Source: Camelus ferus
Lineage: Eukaryota
Assembly: GCF_009834535.1 (NCBI RefSeq)
Contig: NC_045697.1
Coordinates: 28,646,001 to 28,710,000 of the forward strand
Direction of reading: 5' to 3'
Length of the DNA stretch: 64,000 nt
In this document: in pieces, positions 12,977-25,354 of the stretch
Numbering within the stretch: position 1 is the stretch's first letter
How the letters are laid out: the number at the start of each line of letters is the position of its first letter
Made by a program: the position numbers and the translations under genes
The notes under the pieces: generated by a model
What the model saw: only the letters and a program-made list of their open reading frames with translations
Database searches by the model: none
Told to the model about the DNA's origin: nothing

Positions 12977-14130
12977 TTATGCAAAAAACTTAAATATGAA
13001 TGAATATGTGTACACAAAAAGTGCACACATTACCTATGCTGAACAATGCCAAGGAACAATTTATTGATGCAACAGTTGTCTTCTAAAATAAACATAAAAA
13101 CAGAACCCAGGTTGGCAAACAAAAGCAAAACACTTATTTCCCAACAGCACAATGCTGCTCACTGACAGCAATCCTAAACACCTCCAACTTTCCTTACAAA
13201 GCTGCCAAAGTTCAACTATTTTAAAAAACTGACTTTTTTTACATCAATAAAAATCTGGTGACAAACATTATAAAACCAAATGCTGGACAGTCTTTACTCC
13301 TTTAAAATTCCAAACATTCCAACATAATCACAGGAGTAAAAACCATTTTAAAGTGATATGCTTTATGAAACAAACAATATGTACATTTATTGCAAATTAT
13401 ATTAAACTAAAATGGAGGGGAAATCAAAATATGAAGTGATATGAAATCAATAATAATTTTTAATTATTTTCTCACTCTGATAAAAATCAGAAAGCAACAT
13501 TTATAAAATTGCCACCACATCACTTTTCATAGCAGGGAACTGAAATCTGTACATCTCATTTTTGCAGAAAAGTAGGCAGGCAGAAAGAATTATACATAAA
13601 AGTTTCCAAAAGGAAAACAAAGAAATATTTAATCTGATCTCTTTTCTTCTAAAAAATTAATTCAGTAGACTTCAATTTTTTTCTTGTGTAACACGGGAAA
13701 TTCCTGGCTCTAAAACTGATGAATTTTCATTGTCAGTGTAAGGACATCCTGTTATTTTCTTTAAAATAAAGACTGCAGCATGGAAATTAATGGTGTAATA
13801 TGCCTTTAAACTCCAGATATGCAGGAACTGGAACCAAGTGTTAAGCAATTTGCTTAATTATTGACTTTTCATAAGAAAAGTCTGGGGGAGGGTACAATAG
13901 AGTTGCTTTTAGCCTCTCTCAAGAGTTTCTGCTGTACATTTCCATCAAAGGACTTGTGGTCATGTGAAAAAAGGAAGTAATAGCTTTTTTCAGTTTTCAA
14001 GGCAGAAAGTGTGTGTTCTGAAGTTAACTTCATTTTCTGTTCCGGGTCATTTTGAATCCAAGTTTTTGCAGAAGCTAGAGCCTGCTTCTGTTTGGCCTTC
14101 ATTTTCTCCCTTTGCACATGAATTTTCTTT

Positions 14131-14134
14131 TTAC
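14131..14134 (-). CDS. PDS5A: PDS5A last exon, coding part (G + TAA; completes the final Arg and the stop)
   Basis: Acceptor ctttcttctactcctatcctcaag|G TAA AAAG; the following sequence resembles the mammalian PDS5A 3' UTR start as recalled. Total CDS in window is 2244 nt, in frame. Confidence 0.9.
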
Positions 14135-15104
14135 CTTGAGGATAGGAGTAGAAGAAAGCAATGTTACAAAAGATATAAACAGGAAAACAGACAAAACCCA
14201 AATTATTTCTATAGTTACAAAAATCTGAAAAAAAAATTTTTTTTAATTTTTCATCTGAGACTACTTGGTTTAGGAATCTTTCTGTAAACTATATAAAAAC
14301 AAAATGCCAATGACGAAGTTATCATTTTCACCATTAAATGCTGTTGCTACCCAATGCTCAATTTGCTTATTACAACAATAAAATAGTAAAAGCTATTTAT
14401 TTTAAATAATTTTTTATTAATACATTCAAACTGGTATTATAGTAGAAAAATTACTAGACATTATGGCAGAATGAATTTATAAGCAAAATAAGTTCTGTTC
14501 TTTAGTATACTGAAAAAACAAGGAGGAAAATTTAGCTTAATTCTGTTAAGCAGTTAGAGGAATTCCCCACTAGTCCCATTTCTCTAGTAGAAAGGGAAAA
14601 TCCTCATCTCTGGAAGCATGAGGGCGTGAGGTATGGTCTCTTCCTCTTCTCCCCACCTCCTACTGCTCTATGGGAGGAGGAAGACCCATCTAATAGGTGA
14701 AGCGGTAGGGGAGGGAAAAACAGCATGCCGGGCTTTGGTTTCTTTCTTTTTTTTTCGTTCTCTTTTGCCCCCAAAAGGTGTGTTCTGGTCTGCCTGGTTG
14801 TTCGATGTAGGGGCAAGGCATCAGTAGTTACCTGGCCTATGTCATTTCACATTTTTAATCAGCCATATCACTATTAAGATTGCATCTCCTTTTCAACAAT
14901 TCCAAACTTGGGAGAGAAAGGTAAGGGTGTTGTTTACTTATATTCCCAAACCCCAACATTACATATACCTTTTATAAAGATAACAATGCTGAAAGTAAGA
15001 GAGAAGCTAAGTGATTAAGATTCTTACAGAGACTATTAATTTGTTATACAGAACAAGTTTAATAATACGGTATCAAAGAATCCTCTATAAGCTGCCTGCT
15101 GCAC

Positions 15105-15255
15105 CTTCAGGAAGCTTCCCTTTACTAGCTCTGAGTCCTCAGTATCTTCCTGGCTGTTCTCACAGACTTTAAAACGATCCAGATCACTGGAAGAATTTTC
15201 TGGACTTGATTCTATGTCCCAAAGTGAATCGCCATCACTTCCGAGCACTTGGCTT
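15105..15255 (-). CDS. Candidate unannotated alternative PDS5A exon (151 nt to a weak donor, or read on to TAA at 15036)
   Basis: aaatttttcag|A AGC is in phase with the penultimate exon; open frame SQVLGSDGDSLWDIESSPENSSSDLDRFKVCENSQEDTEDSELVKGSFLK. Inference only. Confidence 0.4.
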
Positions 15256-16801
15256 CTGAAAAATTTCATATTATTTTGATAAAAATTCACTTGTTACTGA
15301 ATAGTATCAGACTAATATATGGTTGTTTAATACATGAGAAAACACACTTAGGAGATACTTTAATTTTAAGATATGAAAACCTTAAAATTATACGTGATGT
15401 GAGGAAACTTTCTCAATATACAAATGAGCATAGAAAACAGTAAATTCTTTGCTTAAGAAAAATATAAATTCCAAGATTTCTGAATACTCCCATACTAAGT
15501 ATGCTAAGCAAAACACATTAATCCAAAGATGGGAAAACTATATTATTCTACAATTTCCTTAAATCCACAGGTTCCCCATAAGTCCCAAGTTTAAGGACTG
15601 ATGTTTATTGATAATTTCTTTTTCAGGGAAGAATTTGGCCTCAAGGGGAAGCAAAACATACTTAAAAATTAGCAGACTTACAAAAACACATTTTCAATGC
15701 AAAATGTTTGGAATTGTTTGCCATTTGAAGAACAGTTCAAAAACAAAGGAAAAACAAGTGTACATTTACTGCAAAAATCCAAAGGGATCTAAAAATTCTA
15801 CAGTTAAATTTACAAGTTAAAATGTATCAACTTCCAGATTAAGAAATAAAATCTATTCCAGTAAATTTCTGGGCACAGTATCCTTGTTTTGGTGGAATAA
15901 AATATCTTGAATTAGTAAATAAATTATGTAAGTAGGAGTCTTACTAAAAACAATTACTATTTACCTAATGTTGTCAGTAAGAGGACCTGGTAAGAGAAAT
16001 TCCAGAGGGCTCGGCATTGGCATATACTAGGGCCTCAAAAGTGGTTTTCATTAATAATTTAATAATAAAATTTAAATAATCATACTGTATGATAATAGTA
16101 TATATACCAAGTAATAGAACTGGGTGAGTTTTCTGCATGTGGTGCCAGCATACAGTGTAGACTAACTGCCTGGAGGAGAAACTTGCACATAGAGTGAAGG
16201 TTAGGGTGAGGTCAGGTTCTTTTCAGATGTTAATGGGGGGAGTGTTGTGACCAGGGCAGGAATTGATCATCTGGGAAGTGAGAAATTAAGCAAGTAAAAT
16301 GTGTGAAGAATAGGTAAAGGAAAGGTAAGGTAGCAAGGTAAAGGAAAAGACTGAGGAAGTAGCATCTGGAGTTGGAAAGCAGGGCCAAAGAGAAGCACAA
16401 GGGAGCTAGGCCTTGTTTCTCAAAGGCTAGCATTCAAGCTTAAAACTAGGGGTAAACTGCTTTAGCGCAGTGAACCAGATCCAGATGTGGTTCCACAATG
16501 CAAGGACCTCAGGCTATGCTAAAAGTTGCCAGGGCAGTAAGTGAGCCAAGCCTATTACTCTGGATTCATCCTTAGCTCAGAAATACAGTGTTTGATGGCT
16601 CTCAGCTTTGGCAACTCTCCTCTTTTACTAATTAGATGGTTGAAACTGTAATGATAACCTTAACAGGATGATTCAAGATGTTAAATTAGCTCTATATTCA
16701 GAATTGTTCAGCCTGTATCTGATCCTCACTAGGTCTCAGGAAAATACACACGAGATGTCAAATCAATCACAGGTAATACCTGTTAATGAGAAGTATGTTT
16801 A

Positions 16802-16930
16802 TTTATTTATTTATTGTGTGTGTGGGAAGGTAATTAGATTATTTTTTCTTCAATGGAGGTGCTGGGGATTGAACCCAGACTTCATGCATGCTGAGCATGC
16901 GCTCTACCACTTGAGCCATGCTCTCCCCAC
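16802..16930 (-). mobile_element. tRNA-derived camelid-type SINE with TSD
   Basis: Antisense A and B boxes; 15-bp TSD tgagaagtatgttta at 16787-16801 and 16931-16945. Confidence 0.9.
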
Positions 16931-17859
16931 TGAGAAGTATGTTTAGAATCTTGTAAGAAGGTGAAAGCTAGAAGTTTCTCATGAAATAATAATAAAGCTG
17001 GCACCTTCAGGATTTTGACCATTCAACATTTCTCAAGTTGAAGGACAGTTAAAACAGCTGAGTCACAAACAAGGAATTTCTATTAGTGTGTCTATTTCAT
17101 TGCTTGGTGGTTACTACACACGGTAAAATCTCCTTTTACACATTAAGAGGAAAACAAGTAAGTAATAATGTTCTGAATGTTCATAGTGTAGAGGAGAAAC
17201 GTAAGTGCAGCTGCCACTGTTAGCAGTACAGTGAGGCAGTTAATAAGGGACTCGCCTGGATTCAAAGCCCTGCTCTGTGTGGCACCAGTCAGGTGGCCTG
17301 AGAAAGTAATCTTTTCAGGTCTAACCTCCTTATCGCTTACATAGGTTGTACTTGCTACATAATGATTGTTGGCACCGCAAACAGACATTCAGCAACCTTT
17401 CCCTATTATCATTATTATTTCTACTAACATATATGCTAAGCACCATGCCAAATATCCCATGTATTATTCTACCTAATTTTCACCAGTCTGACAGTATTCT
17501 TAGCATTAGGTGCTTCATTTAAGCTGGCCACATTCAAGAACATCTGATCTCACTGTTTTTCCCTCTCTGAAGCTAAAATGCAGGGGCTTCTGTTTGCATG
17601 AACTCTGAAATAGGTTAAAAATATGACTACAGTTGTTCTGTTTTGTTCAACCTATGATCACTTAAAATAAACTAGCTTCTTATGTAATAATTATAAAAAT
17701 TATGCAAATATGTCCTACTTTATGGAAACTATCACATATATAAACTACACCAGCTATGTAAAACATGCAAGTAAGTATTTTCAAAGTATCCTGTTAAACT
17801 AGTTTTGAGTGCAGATATAGTACCTTTAGAATTAAGGCTGAATTTCACCTTAAAAGTAC

Positions 17860-18110
17860 AATATAGTATTTTGGTTACAGACTCCAGAGTGATGATGCCT
17901 GGTTTTAATCCTGCCTCCACTATTTACATAAGCAAAAGAACCAAAAGCTACATGGACCCTCTATTCCTGTAATTCCTCCTTTATAAACTAGGGATGATGA
18001 TAGTACTTACTCATGGAAAGATGTTTTAAGCATTTAATAGGTTAATAAAAAGCTTAAAATAGCTCTGGCTCCTAATAAGCACTATATTAGTGCTAGCTAT
18101 TATTATTCTT
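17860..18110 (+). mobile_element. MIR SINE
   Basis: cagactccagagtg...cctggttttaatcctgcctccactattta...cctcctttataaactagggatgatgatagtac...taataagcact. Confidence 0.65.
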
Positions 18111-18139
18111 ATGTAGCAATTTCTTAAGGAAATAAAGTC

Positions 18140-18640
18140 TATGTAACATACAGTTTACCATTTTAATCACTTTTTAAAAATCTTTTTTTTTTTTGGTGGG
18201 GAGGTAATTAGGTTTAATTATTTACTTATTTTTAGAGGAGGTACTGGGGATTGAACCCAGGACCTTTTGTGCATGCTAAGCATGCGCTCTACCACCTGAG
18301 CTACACCCTCCTCCACCATTTTAATCACTTTTAAGTACACAGTTCAGTGGCATTAATTACATTCGCACTGTTGTACAATCACTGCCACTCATCTTTAGAA
18401 TATTTTCATCTTCCCAAACTGAAACTCTATACCTATTAAACAGTAACACCTATTCCCTCTTCCTCCTGTTCCTGGCAACCACCTTGTTCTGTCTCTTTGA
18501 ATTTAATTTGACTGCTCTGGTAACTCATATAAGAGGAATCATACAGTATTTGTCCTTTGGGTCTGGATTATTTCACTTAGCACAATGTCCTTAAGGTCCA
18601 CTTATACTGTAGCATGTGTCAGAATTTCATTGTTTTATGT
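18140..18640 (-). mobile_element. L1MB-type 3' end fragment (interrupted by the SINE)
   Basis: aagtacacagttcagtggcattaattacattcgcactgttgtacaatc...tttcatcttcccaaactgaaactc...gtagcatgtgtcagaatttc. Confidence 0.85.
18175..18314 (-). mobile_element. tRNA-derived camelid-type SINE inserted into an L1 3' fragment
   Basis: 18-bp TSD accattttaatcactttt at 18157-18174 and 18315-18332. Confidence 0.9.
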
Positions 18641-19669
18641 TATAATTTAAAAAAAAGTATACTTTTACTGTATCAACAGACCTAAAGTGAATATTTTCTG
18701 CTTTCTTCTGGAACTGACAAGCTGGGGAAGTGTACTCTTTGAGGGCAAGAACCTGTCTGTTTTGGATACTTTTGTACTGCTAACACCCAGCACGGTGCTG
18801 GCACTCTAACTGGTATTTGTTAGAAGAACAAATGAGAATCACAAAGAGCAATACTGATGTGCCTATAAAATTCAAATTCAATTCAAAAAAGAGGATATCA
18901 TGAGCAATACCGACTTTCTGGGGTAAATGAAGTTTTGCTGAATAAGTTCATCAGGATTTCAGGCCTAAGTTAGAATGGTAGAATTTAAAGGCAGTTGTAT
19001 ATTAGATCCAAGGAAACATGGAAAAGACAAAAGGAAACCTGAGAGAAAATTTCAGACTATACTTCTATGTTTTGTTAGCCATTAATTAGTAGTCAATAAT
19101 TTAATCAGAAGTTTCTGAAGTATGTATGCAAAATGTTGTCATGAACACCTAATTTAACAATCTAACTTCACTGAGTATATAAAATCATCACAGAATTCTG
19201 TATTTTGGATAATACACTACCTACTTATCTACTAACTGGCATACTTAAGACTTATAAGGTATCTTTTAAGAAGGCCCAAAGCCATTTTTAATCAAAACCA
19301 GGCTCTGGCATGTAAGCCATTTCTCCTAGTTGGTTTAATGCTGTTGGGGCATATTGTGTAACTAAAAGGAGAACAGTGAGTGTTACAACACACAATTTCA
19401 GAGACAAGGTCTGGTTACTCACTGAAAATGTTTTTCAGGATCCAAGTAAGTACCTGGATATTTCGGTTAGATGGCAAAAGGACAGTTCATGAGAAGTAAG
19501 GTCAGGTGGCCTGGGTGTGATGATCTATTCTGTGTGGGTGAGGAATGGCTAGAATTCTAGAAACCTTTTAGGGAATTCTGGCAATCTCCCATGAAACTGT
19601 TCAGCTTCTGAATAACTAAAAGTATATTTAAGGGGTAAAGCAACTAAAATGCAAAACAATAGTTAAACT

Positions 19670-19890
19670 AATTACTGAGAATTTATTCTGTGCAAGGCAC
19701 TTTGTTAAGTGCTTTATCTTTAATGATCCATTTAATTTTTAGAACAATCCTTTGAGAAAGGTATTACCATACTGTCTTACTGATGAAGAAAAGGAGGCCA
19801 AGGTTCAATATGTTGTTCCAGCTCAAAGGTCCAGATTTGCGGAGAAAAATAGTAAATTTGTCCCCAATACTGACTTTTCTTACTACACTT
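19670..19890 (-). mobile_element. MIR SINE
   Basis: tgtgcaaggcactttgttaagtgcttt...acaatcctttgagaaaggtattacc...actgatgaagaaaaggaggccaagg. Confidence 0.65.
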
Positions 19891-20830
19891 TTAGTCCATA
19901 AAACTAGAAATAAGTAAGTAGAAGAAACACCCATTACTTAGTCAGGTTTGGTCCTGGATCAGCTGCCATGAGATGTTGTATAAGGTACTCAGAGACACTT
20001 AAAATATAAGAAAATTTAATAGCCCCGAACTTCAGGATCATAAATAGTAATTTTTAAAAATGTAGTTGCAAACATGTATGCCTTAGCAACACTGTATTTT
20101 ATAAAAATACTGAAGCAGGATGGTGGGGTATCCTAACATGATCAGAGCTGGCTATTTCCTAGGAGGAACTTAGATACTTACAATCTAATTTGGGGGAAGA
20201 CGAATTAGGTATATGTATACAAGGAAAAAGAAGGAGGGTAGGGCTAACTTCTAACTGTAGGCCAAGTATGAAAGGAGGCAATTTCTAGCCCTCCAATTGG
20301 AGCATCACTGTTACAGTACGGAAAGCCTGAAATCCCATCTCAAACACGATGAAGATGAGCAGCTCGAGGCCGTTTCACTGGTGAGGCTGGGGGAGAGGTA
20401 AGCTGTAGACTTATATTAAAATGAACAGTAACAAGAAGAGTTAAAGAACAGGATATACTTGTTCACTTGTCATGACTTCTATCTTTTCCATTCTAGGACC
20501 TTTGTAGCCAAAAGGTAGCCCTTTCTTTATATTAAGTAAATCCCATGTAACTATGTGAAGGACACCAAGCAAAGATAGTATTATCCATGCTTAGAAACAG
20601 AAATATCAAGATACTGTATCTTAATTAAAAATTAACCAAAGGAAAAAAGATCTCTCTTCAAATTGTTGTCCTGAAGGTTATGAGATAAAAACAAATGCCA
20701 TCATAACTCACTCAGGAAAACCTAGGGCAGTTTTCACTTCCAAATGCCTAGGTGTTTGGGATGACTGGCATATACTAGGAATAAAACAAAATGTCTAAAT
20801 TCAAAGTTCAGAAAGAATGGCATACATTAC

Positions 20831-21183
20831 CTTTGTAAGTCAATTTGTCTCTCTGCTGGTGCTGCCTTTTTGGCTATGTCTTGCAGTTTGGGTGCTTTGG
20901 CATTACCTGCTTCCAAACCTCCAGGGCTTTCCTGACTGACTGCGGCTCTCTTTCTTCCCTTGCTAAGAGGTTTATTTATATCATCATTTTTGGTTGCATT
21001 GCCCTGAGATTCAGACTTGGGTCGACGTCCTCTCCTGGGTTTTGAAGGGGCAGGTGGTCCTGATTCATCTACTTTCTCATCTGGTTTTTGTTGGATATTC
21101 TCTGCACCAGCTGCTGTTACTGTTCTTTTCTTTCCTCGGTCACTGCTGATGTTGCCCTGGGCAACCTGATCAGAATTAATCTC
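20831..21183 (-). CDS. PDS5A: PDS5A penultimate exon (353 nt), [29 protein letters not shown]...[15 protein letters not shown]...[13 protein letters not shown](R)
   Basis: ttttag|GAG ATT ... CAA AG|gtaatg; basic low-complexity C-terminal tail with a PRRGRRPK motif. Confidence 0.96.
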
Positions 21184-22249
21184 CTAAAAGAGCACAAAAT
21201 AATTCTATGAACATAAATTCCTTAAATATCAATGATGTGTACTAGAAGGAAGTATTCTGAAGTATTTTAAAGGAGTTGGAATTCCAGGGCTTCTAGTTAA
21301 CTGCTTACATCCCACGAGGAATGTTCTAGTGTAGGAACTGAACGTGGTACCTACCATAGTACTTGCTTATTAAAATGCACAAGCAGTATCTGTAAGAGAA
21401 AACCTACTTGGTTTTGCTACCACACCGATTTTAAATGAAAAAGTCCTTTTTATTGATTGTATGCTCTAAATGTATCACTTTCAAAAGAAGGGAGCATGCT
21501 TTCATAATTCAGTATTATTTTCTTTCACTATGATGCATCTAAATATAATAGTCTTTCTAATTCTGTGACATAAAGTTCTTCAATATGTCACTCCACTCCT
21601 TCCTTCTAACTTTTGTCTCTTACTGCATCAATCATTAACCTTCTACTTTTTTCTGAACATTCTCTTCTTTTCTCTTCTGGTTTGGCATATATATTATATA
21701 TTAAGTCATCTAAAATGTTTAAAGTAATAAAATCCCATTTTAACATATAAGACATAATGGACATTAGGAGAGGAATAGTTTTCAGAATGAAAGTGACCTT
21801 TACATGAATGATATTTAGGAATCAGTTATAGTGCTAATTGATTAAAGGGAAACAAAGGAAAGCAATCACCCAAAAAATCAAACCATATCTTTTCAATTAA
21901 TTAATCCATTTGCATTTCCCCCTAAAAATGTTTTCAAAATAATCAGAGAAACACATCTTTTATGTTTCAAGAAAATTTACTTAAATGAAAACTCATAAAA
22001 GTAGTAATTTAAGTTAGAAAATCCACAAATCAATGTTTCATGTTAGGGTTTACTTTAATGTTAATCCTCATTTTAAGAGAATGAATAAAGCATGAAGGAA
22101 CAAGAGTGAGGTGGTCCACAAGAATTAAACTGTAAAACAATACACAGAGAAGAGATATGCAAAGTCAGCCTGGAGAAAGATGGTGATTCCTGGGCAAAAT
22201 AAGATGGATCAATAAAAACAAGTGTGGTTAAACCTGAAGCAGTAACCAT

Positions 22250-22830
22250 TCATCCAGCTGAATGCCTATTAGGTGCAGTGGCTACTGGGCACAGATTGGG
22301 GAACAAAACTGATACTGTTTCTGTCCTTAAGTAGATTAGTATGGTAGATGACTAATTTTTAAAAAAGTAAACAAACATTTAAGTACAGATTATCCCAAGA
22401 GCTAAGAGATCAAGGAAAAGGTCATTCAGAAAAAAATTAGAGGAAGCATCAATTTCTCACTGGTTCTTTTGGGTAATATTAGTTCAAACAGTATCAAAGC
22501 AGGACTTATCACATGAAAAGTAAAGTATTCTAGACAGAGGCAAGAGGCAGCATAAAGTACCTGAAGAAGGAAAGAGCTTGGAAGGATTAAGGAACTGGAA
22601 TCATAAGGAGTGATGGGAGAGTGGTATAAAGTAGGAGATGCAAGCATGGGCCAGATGATGTGCCTCATGGAAAATTTAAGAAATCTGATTTAATTCTAAG
22701 TGCTAATAAAAGTGACTGCAGGACTTTAAGGAGAAGACAAACATAATCCAAATTATACTTTAAAAAGATCAATCTGGCTGGTATATTGTGACTGGATTGG
22801 AAGGGAGCAAGAATGTTAACAAGCATGTAT
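22250..22830. mobile_element. L2 LINE fragment
   Basis: Purine-rich L2-like run (gagatgcaagcatgggccagatg...taattctaagtgc...ttaaaaagatcaatctggctgg...ggattggaagggagcaaga). Confidence 0.55.
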
Positions 22831-22849
22831 AACTTCTACACAGCATCAG

Positions 22850-23340
22850 AAGTTGAATTAGACAAGAAAAAGATAATTTAAAATTGAGCAAATATGAACA
22901 GGCAATTCAGAGAAGAGCACATCCAAATGATCAAGCAAAATACTGATAGTCAGAGAAATTCAAATTAGAACAACAACAGGGCATTCGTTTTGACAGTTAA
23001 AACTGAAAAAAAATCGAAAGAACTGTAAAACCTGTTATTAGTGGGTATGTAGAGAAAAAATTACCCTGGTGATGGAAAGTCAAGTGTTCTGATTTTTTCA
23101 AAATAAAATAAAATAAAATAAAATAAAGCAATATGGAAATATCTAAAATCTGTAATGTATTGACCAGCAATCCCACTACTGGGAACCTACCCCCTAGAAA
23201 TAAAATCACCAGTAAATGTGTGTTTATAAAGAATATTTAATGCAACATTTTTTGTAGTGGCAAAAAAAGAGAAGGAAAGGAAGCACTTATGTGTATTTGT
23301 AGAGAAAAAACTGAACAGATTAGGCTGTTTTAAAGGGGAA
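22850..23340 (+). mobile_element. Old L1 (L1ME/MC) 3' fragment, with an (AAAAT)n tract at ~23101-23127
   Basis: gcaaatatgaacaggcaattcagagaaga...gaaattcaaattagaacaac...tgaccagcaatcccactactgggaac. Confidence 0.6.
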
Positions 23341-23364
23341 AAGAAGACTATTAAAAGTCATGCA

Positions 23365-23535
23365 AACAACAGGTTTCCTTTGTATAGCAAAGGGAACTAT
23401 ATTCAATATCTTGTGGTAACCTATAATGAAAAAGAATATGAAAACGAATATATGTATGTATATGTATGACTGAAACATTATGCTGTATACCAGAAACTGA
23501 CACATTATAAACTGACTATACTTCAATAAAAAAAT
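23365..23535 (+). mobile_element. Young 5'-truncated L1 3' tail (cetartiodactyl type)
   Basis: tgtatagcaaagggaactatattcaatatcttgt...gactatacttcaataaaaaa; TSD aagtcatgca at 23355-23364 and 23536-23545. Confidence 0.85.
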
Positions 23536-25245
23536 AAGTCATGCACGTGAGCATATTTAACATTTATGAATATTATGTACGTGTGCTCATGTATAAAGAT
23601 GCAAAAGCCAAACGAAGAGGAAATCGGTTGCCAGCTACATGTGCGAAGAAAAAGACTATTAAAGGACAACATTGGTGGTAGTGCTTGCCCGCATTCAAGG
23701 AATGTGCATGTCTTGTTTCTTCTTTTAACCACCTCCCTTATTCATCCTTCATACTACAATCTGATTTCCCTCACAGAGTAAATAACAGAAAATGTTCCAA
23801 TTCATGAACATGCATATCCAGTTTGTTGGATAATATTTATATACATAACTAATGAATTTATGTATAAGTTTATGTATCAATCTCTTTGAGAAATTAGTTA
23901 GCAAGAAACACTCCCTTGTATGTTTATCTTCTTTTAGTATACTAGTAAGATTGTTTTTTTGAACCTGCAAGACTGAGGATGAGATCCTGGAAAGAAATGA
24001 CCATATCATGTTATGGGAGACCTGACTGAGAAGACTATCAGACTTTTGCCAAAACACAACCCCAGTCTCTTCAGGCTACAGCAGACCCTTTAAAAGATTC
24101 TTTGCAGGTATGATCAAGTTAAAATAAAGGTTTGGAACAATAAAATATTACAGATTAGTCAAAGTAACATTTTAGTGCTCAGAAATTAGAACGTACATGT
24201 CCAATTTATCGTATATAGAATTTTACAGCAAAGGTTGGAAAGGCTATAGATAGCTGTTTCTACTAGATAAATATTTGCATCCTTGCACCACCTCTTAATA
24301 CATATTTTAAGTATGTTTAACTAAATGACTGTGGCAATATGCATTTCTGCATGTAAGTTTGTTTAGGCTGAATGTTTAATTCTATATAAGAACCCCACAA
24401 TATTCAAATCTATTGGTTTCTGAATTCTAAGAGTTTTGACAGTGAGAGGTTCCCTGTTACCTGAATCTACTAACATACTGATGTCCAGATAGCAAGCAGC
24501 AAGAGTTCGGATGGTGAGAGAGTGACCTAAAAATGTATCCGTATCTATTCAATTTGAGTTCAGATAATGAGTTTGGATAGGAAAAGTTCAGCTACTGTGG
24601 AATAACTGTATAGTCCTATGTTTTATGATTTTGGAGGGCAATTCAATAAAACACTGATAAATACTATAGATATATGGTGGATAATGAAAAGCTAAGTATG
24701 TTGTCAAGAATATGATTCTGTGGGAAAACAACTAACAGTATCTTATGCTATTCCTCCTATCAGTGTTAGACTCCATTCTCTCCTGCCCCAAAATTGTTAA
24801 GAATATTGGGTGCAGTTAAAAGGTCCAACATCAAAGAATGCAGCTGTTAAATAAAAACTTAAATGTATTTAAAAAATTAACTCATTAGTTTAACTTTAAA
24901 AAATACAATAGAAACAGAATATTGATCCCCGGCAGGAGTCAATAAAGTTTTGAAAACAAGATCTCAAAAACCTTCAGTTCCTGTTCTTTCAAAGACCCGA
25001 GAGAAGTAGTGTGGGAGAAGGATACCATTACAGGTGACCACATAAATGCTGGTAAATGAAGACAGTGGATAAAGAATCATTTTTTGGAGAGTGGAAGCCA
25101 GTAAGTATAGCAGAGGGTGGTATATGCACATGTATATTATGCAGGATATATTATTACCCTTCAATGGTGGGTTTCTCACTCCTATCATAAAATAGCAGTA
25201 AGAATCTCCATGGAAGAAGGCCACGTGTTAAATTTTAAAATTTAC

Positions 25246-25354
25246 CTTAGTCTTTACTGGGTCAATATTCTTTACAGGTGTGACAGAAATAATTCTCACA
25301 GGATTCTCTTCATTTTCACTAACTCCAGTTTCTGCTGCCTCTGAACTCTGTTCC
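25246..25354 (-). CDS. PDS5A: PDS5A coding exon (109 nt), [36 protein letters not shown]
   Basis: cttcaacag|G GAA CAG ... ACT AAG|gtaaat. Confidence 0.95.

Larger units (their letters stand above)
11462..14130 (-). other. PDS5A: PDS5A 3' UTR (~2.7 kb, AU-rich)
   Basis: Runs from the stop codon to ~20 nt beyond the distal AATAAA; the cleavage position is estimated. Confidence 0.8.

Noticed and set aside
14604..14832. Alternative last exon starting ccag|G TAA, plus ORF 14604..14816
   Set aside because: No polypyrimidine tract before this AG; the site fits better as a donor (CAG|gtaact). The ORF is low-complexity.
16524..16617. Imperfect inverted repeat (agttgcca...gagcc / ggctc...tggcaact), possible pre-miRNA or MITE
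   Set aside because: Pairing is short and gapped, not enough to call a structure.
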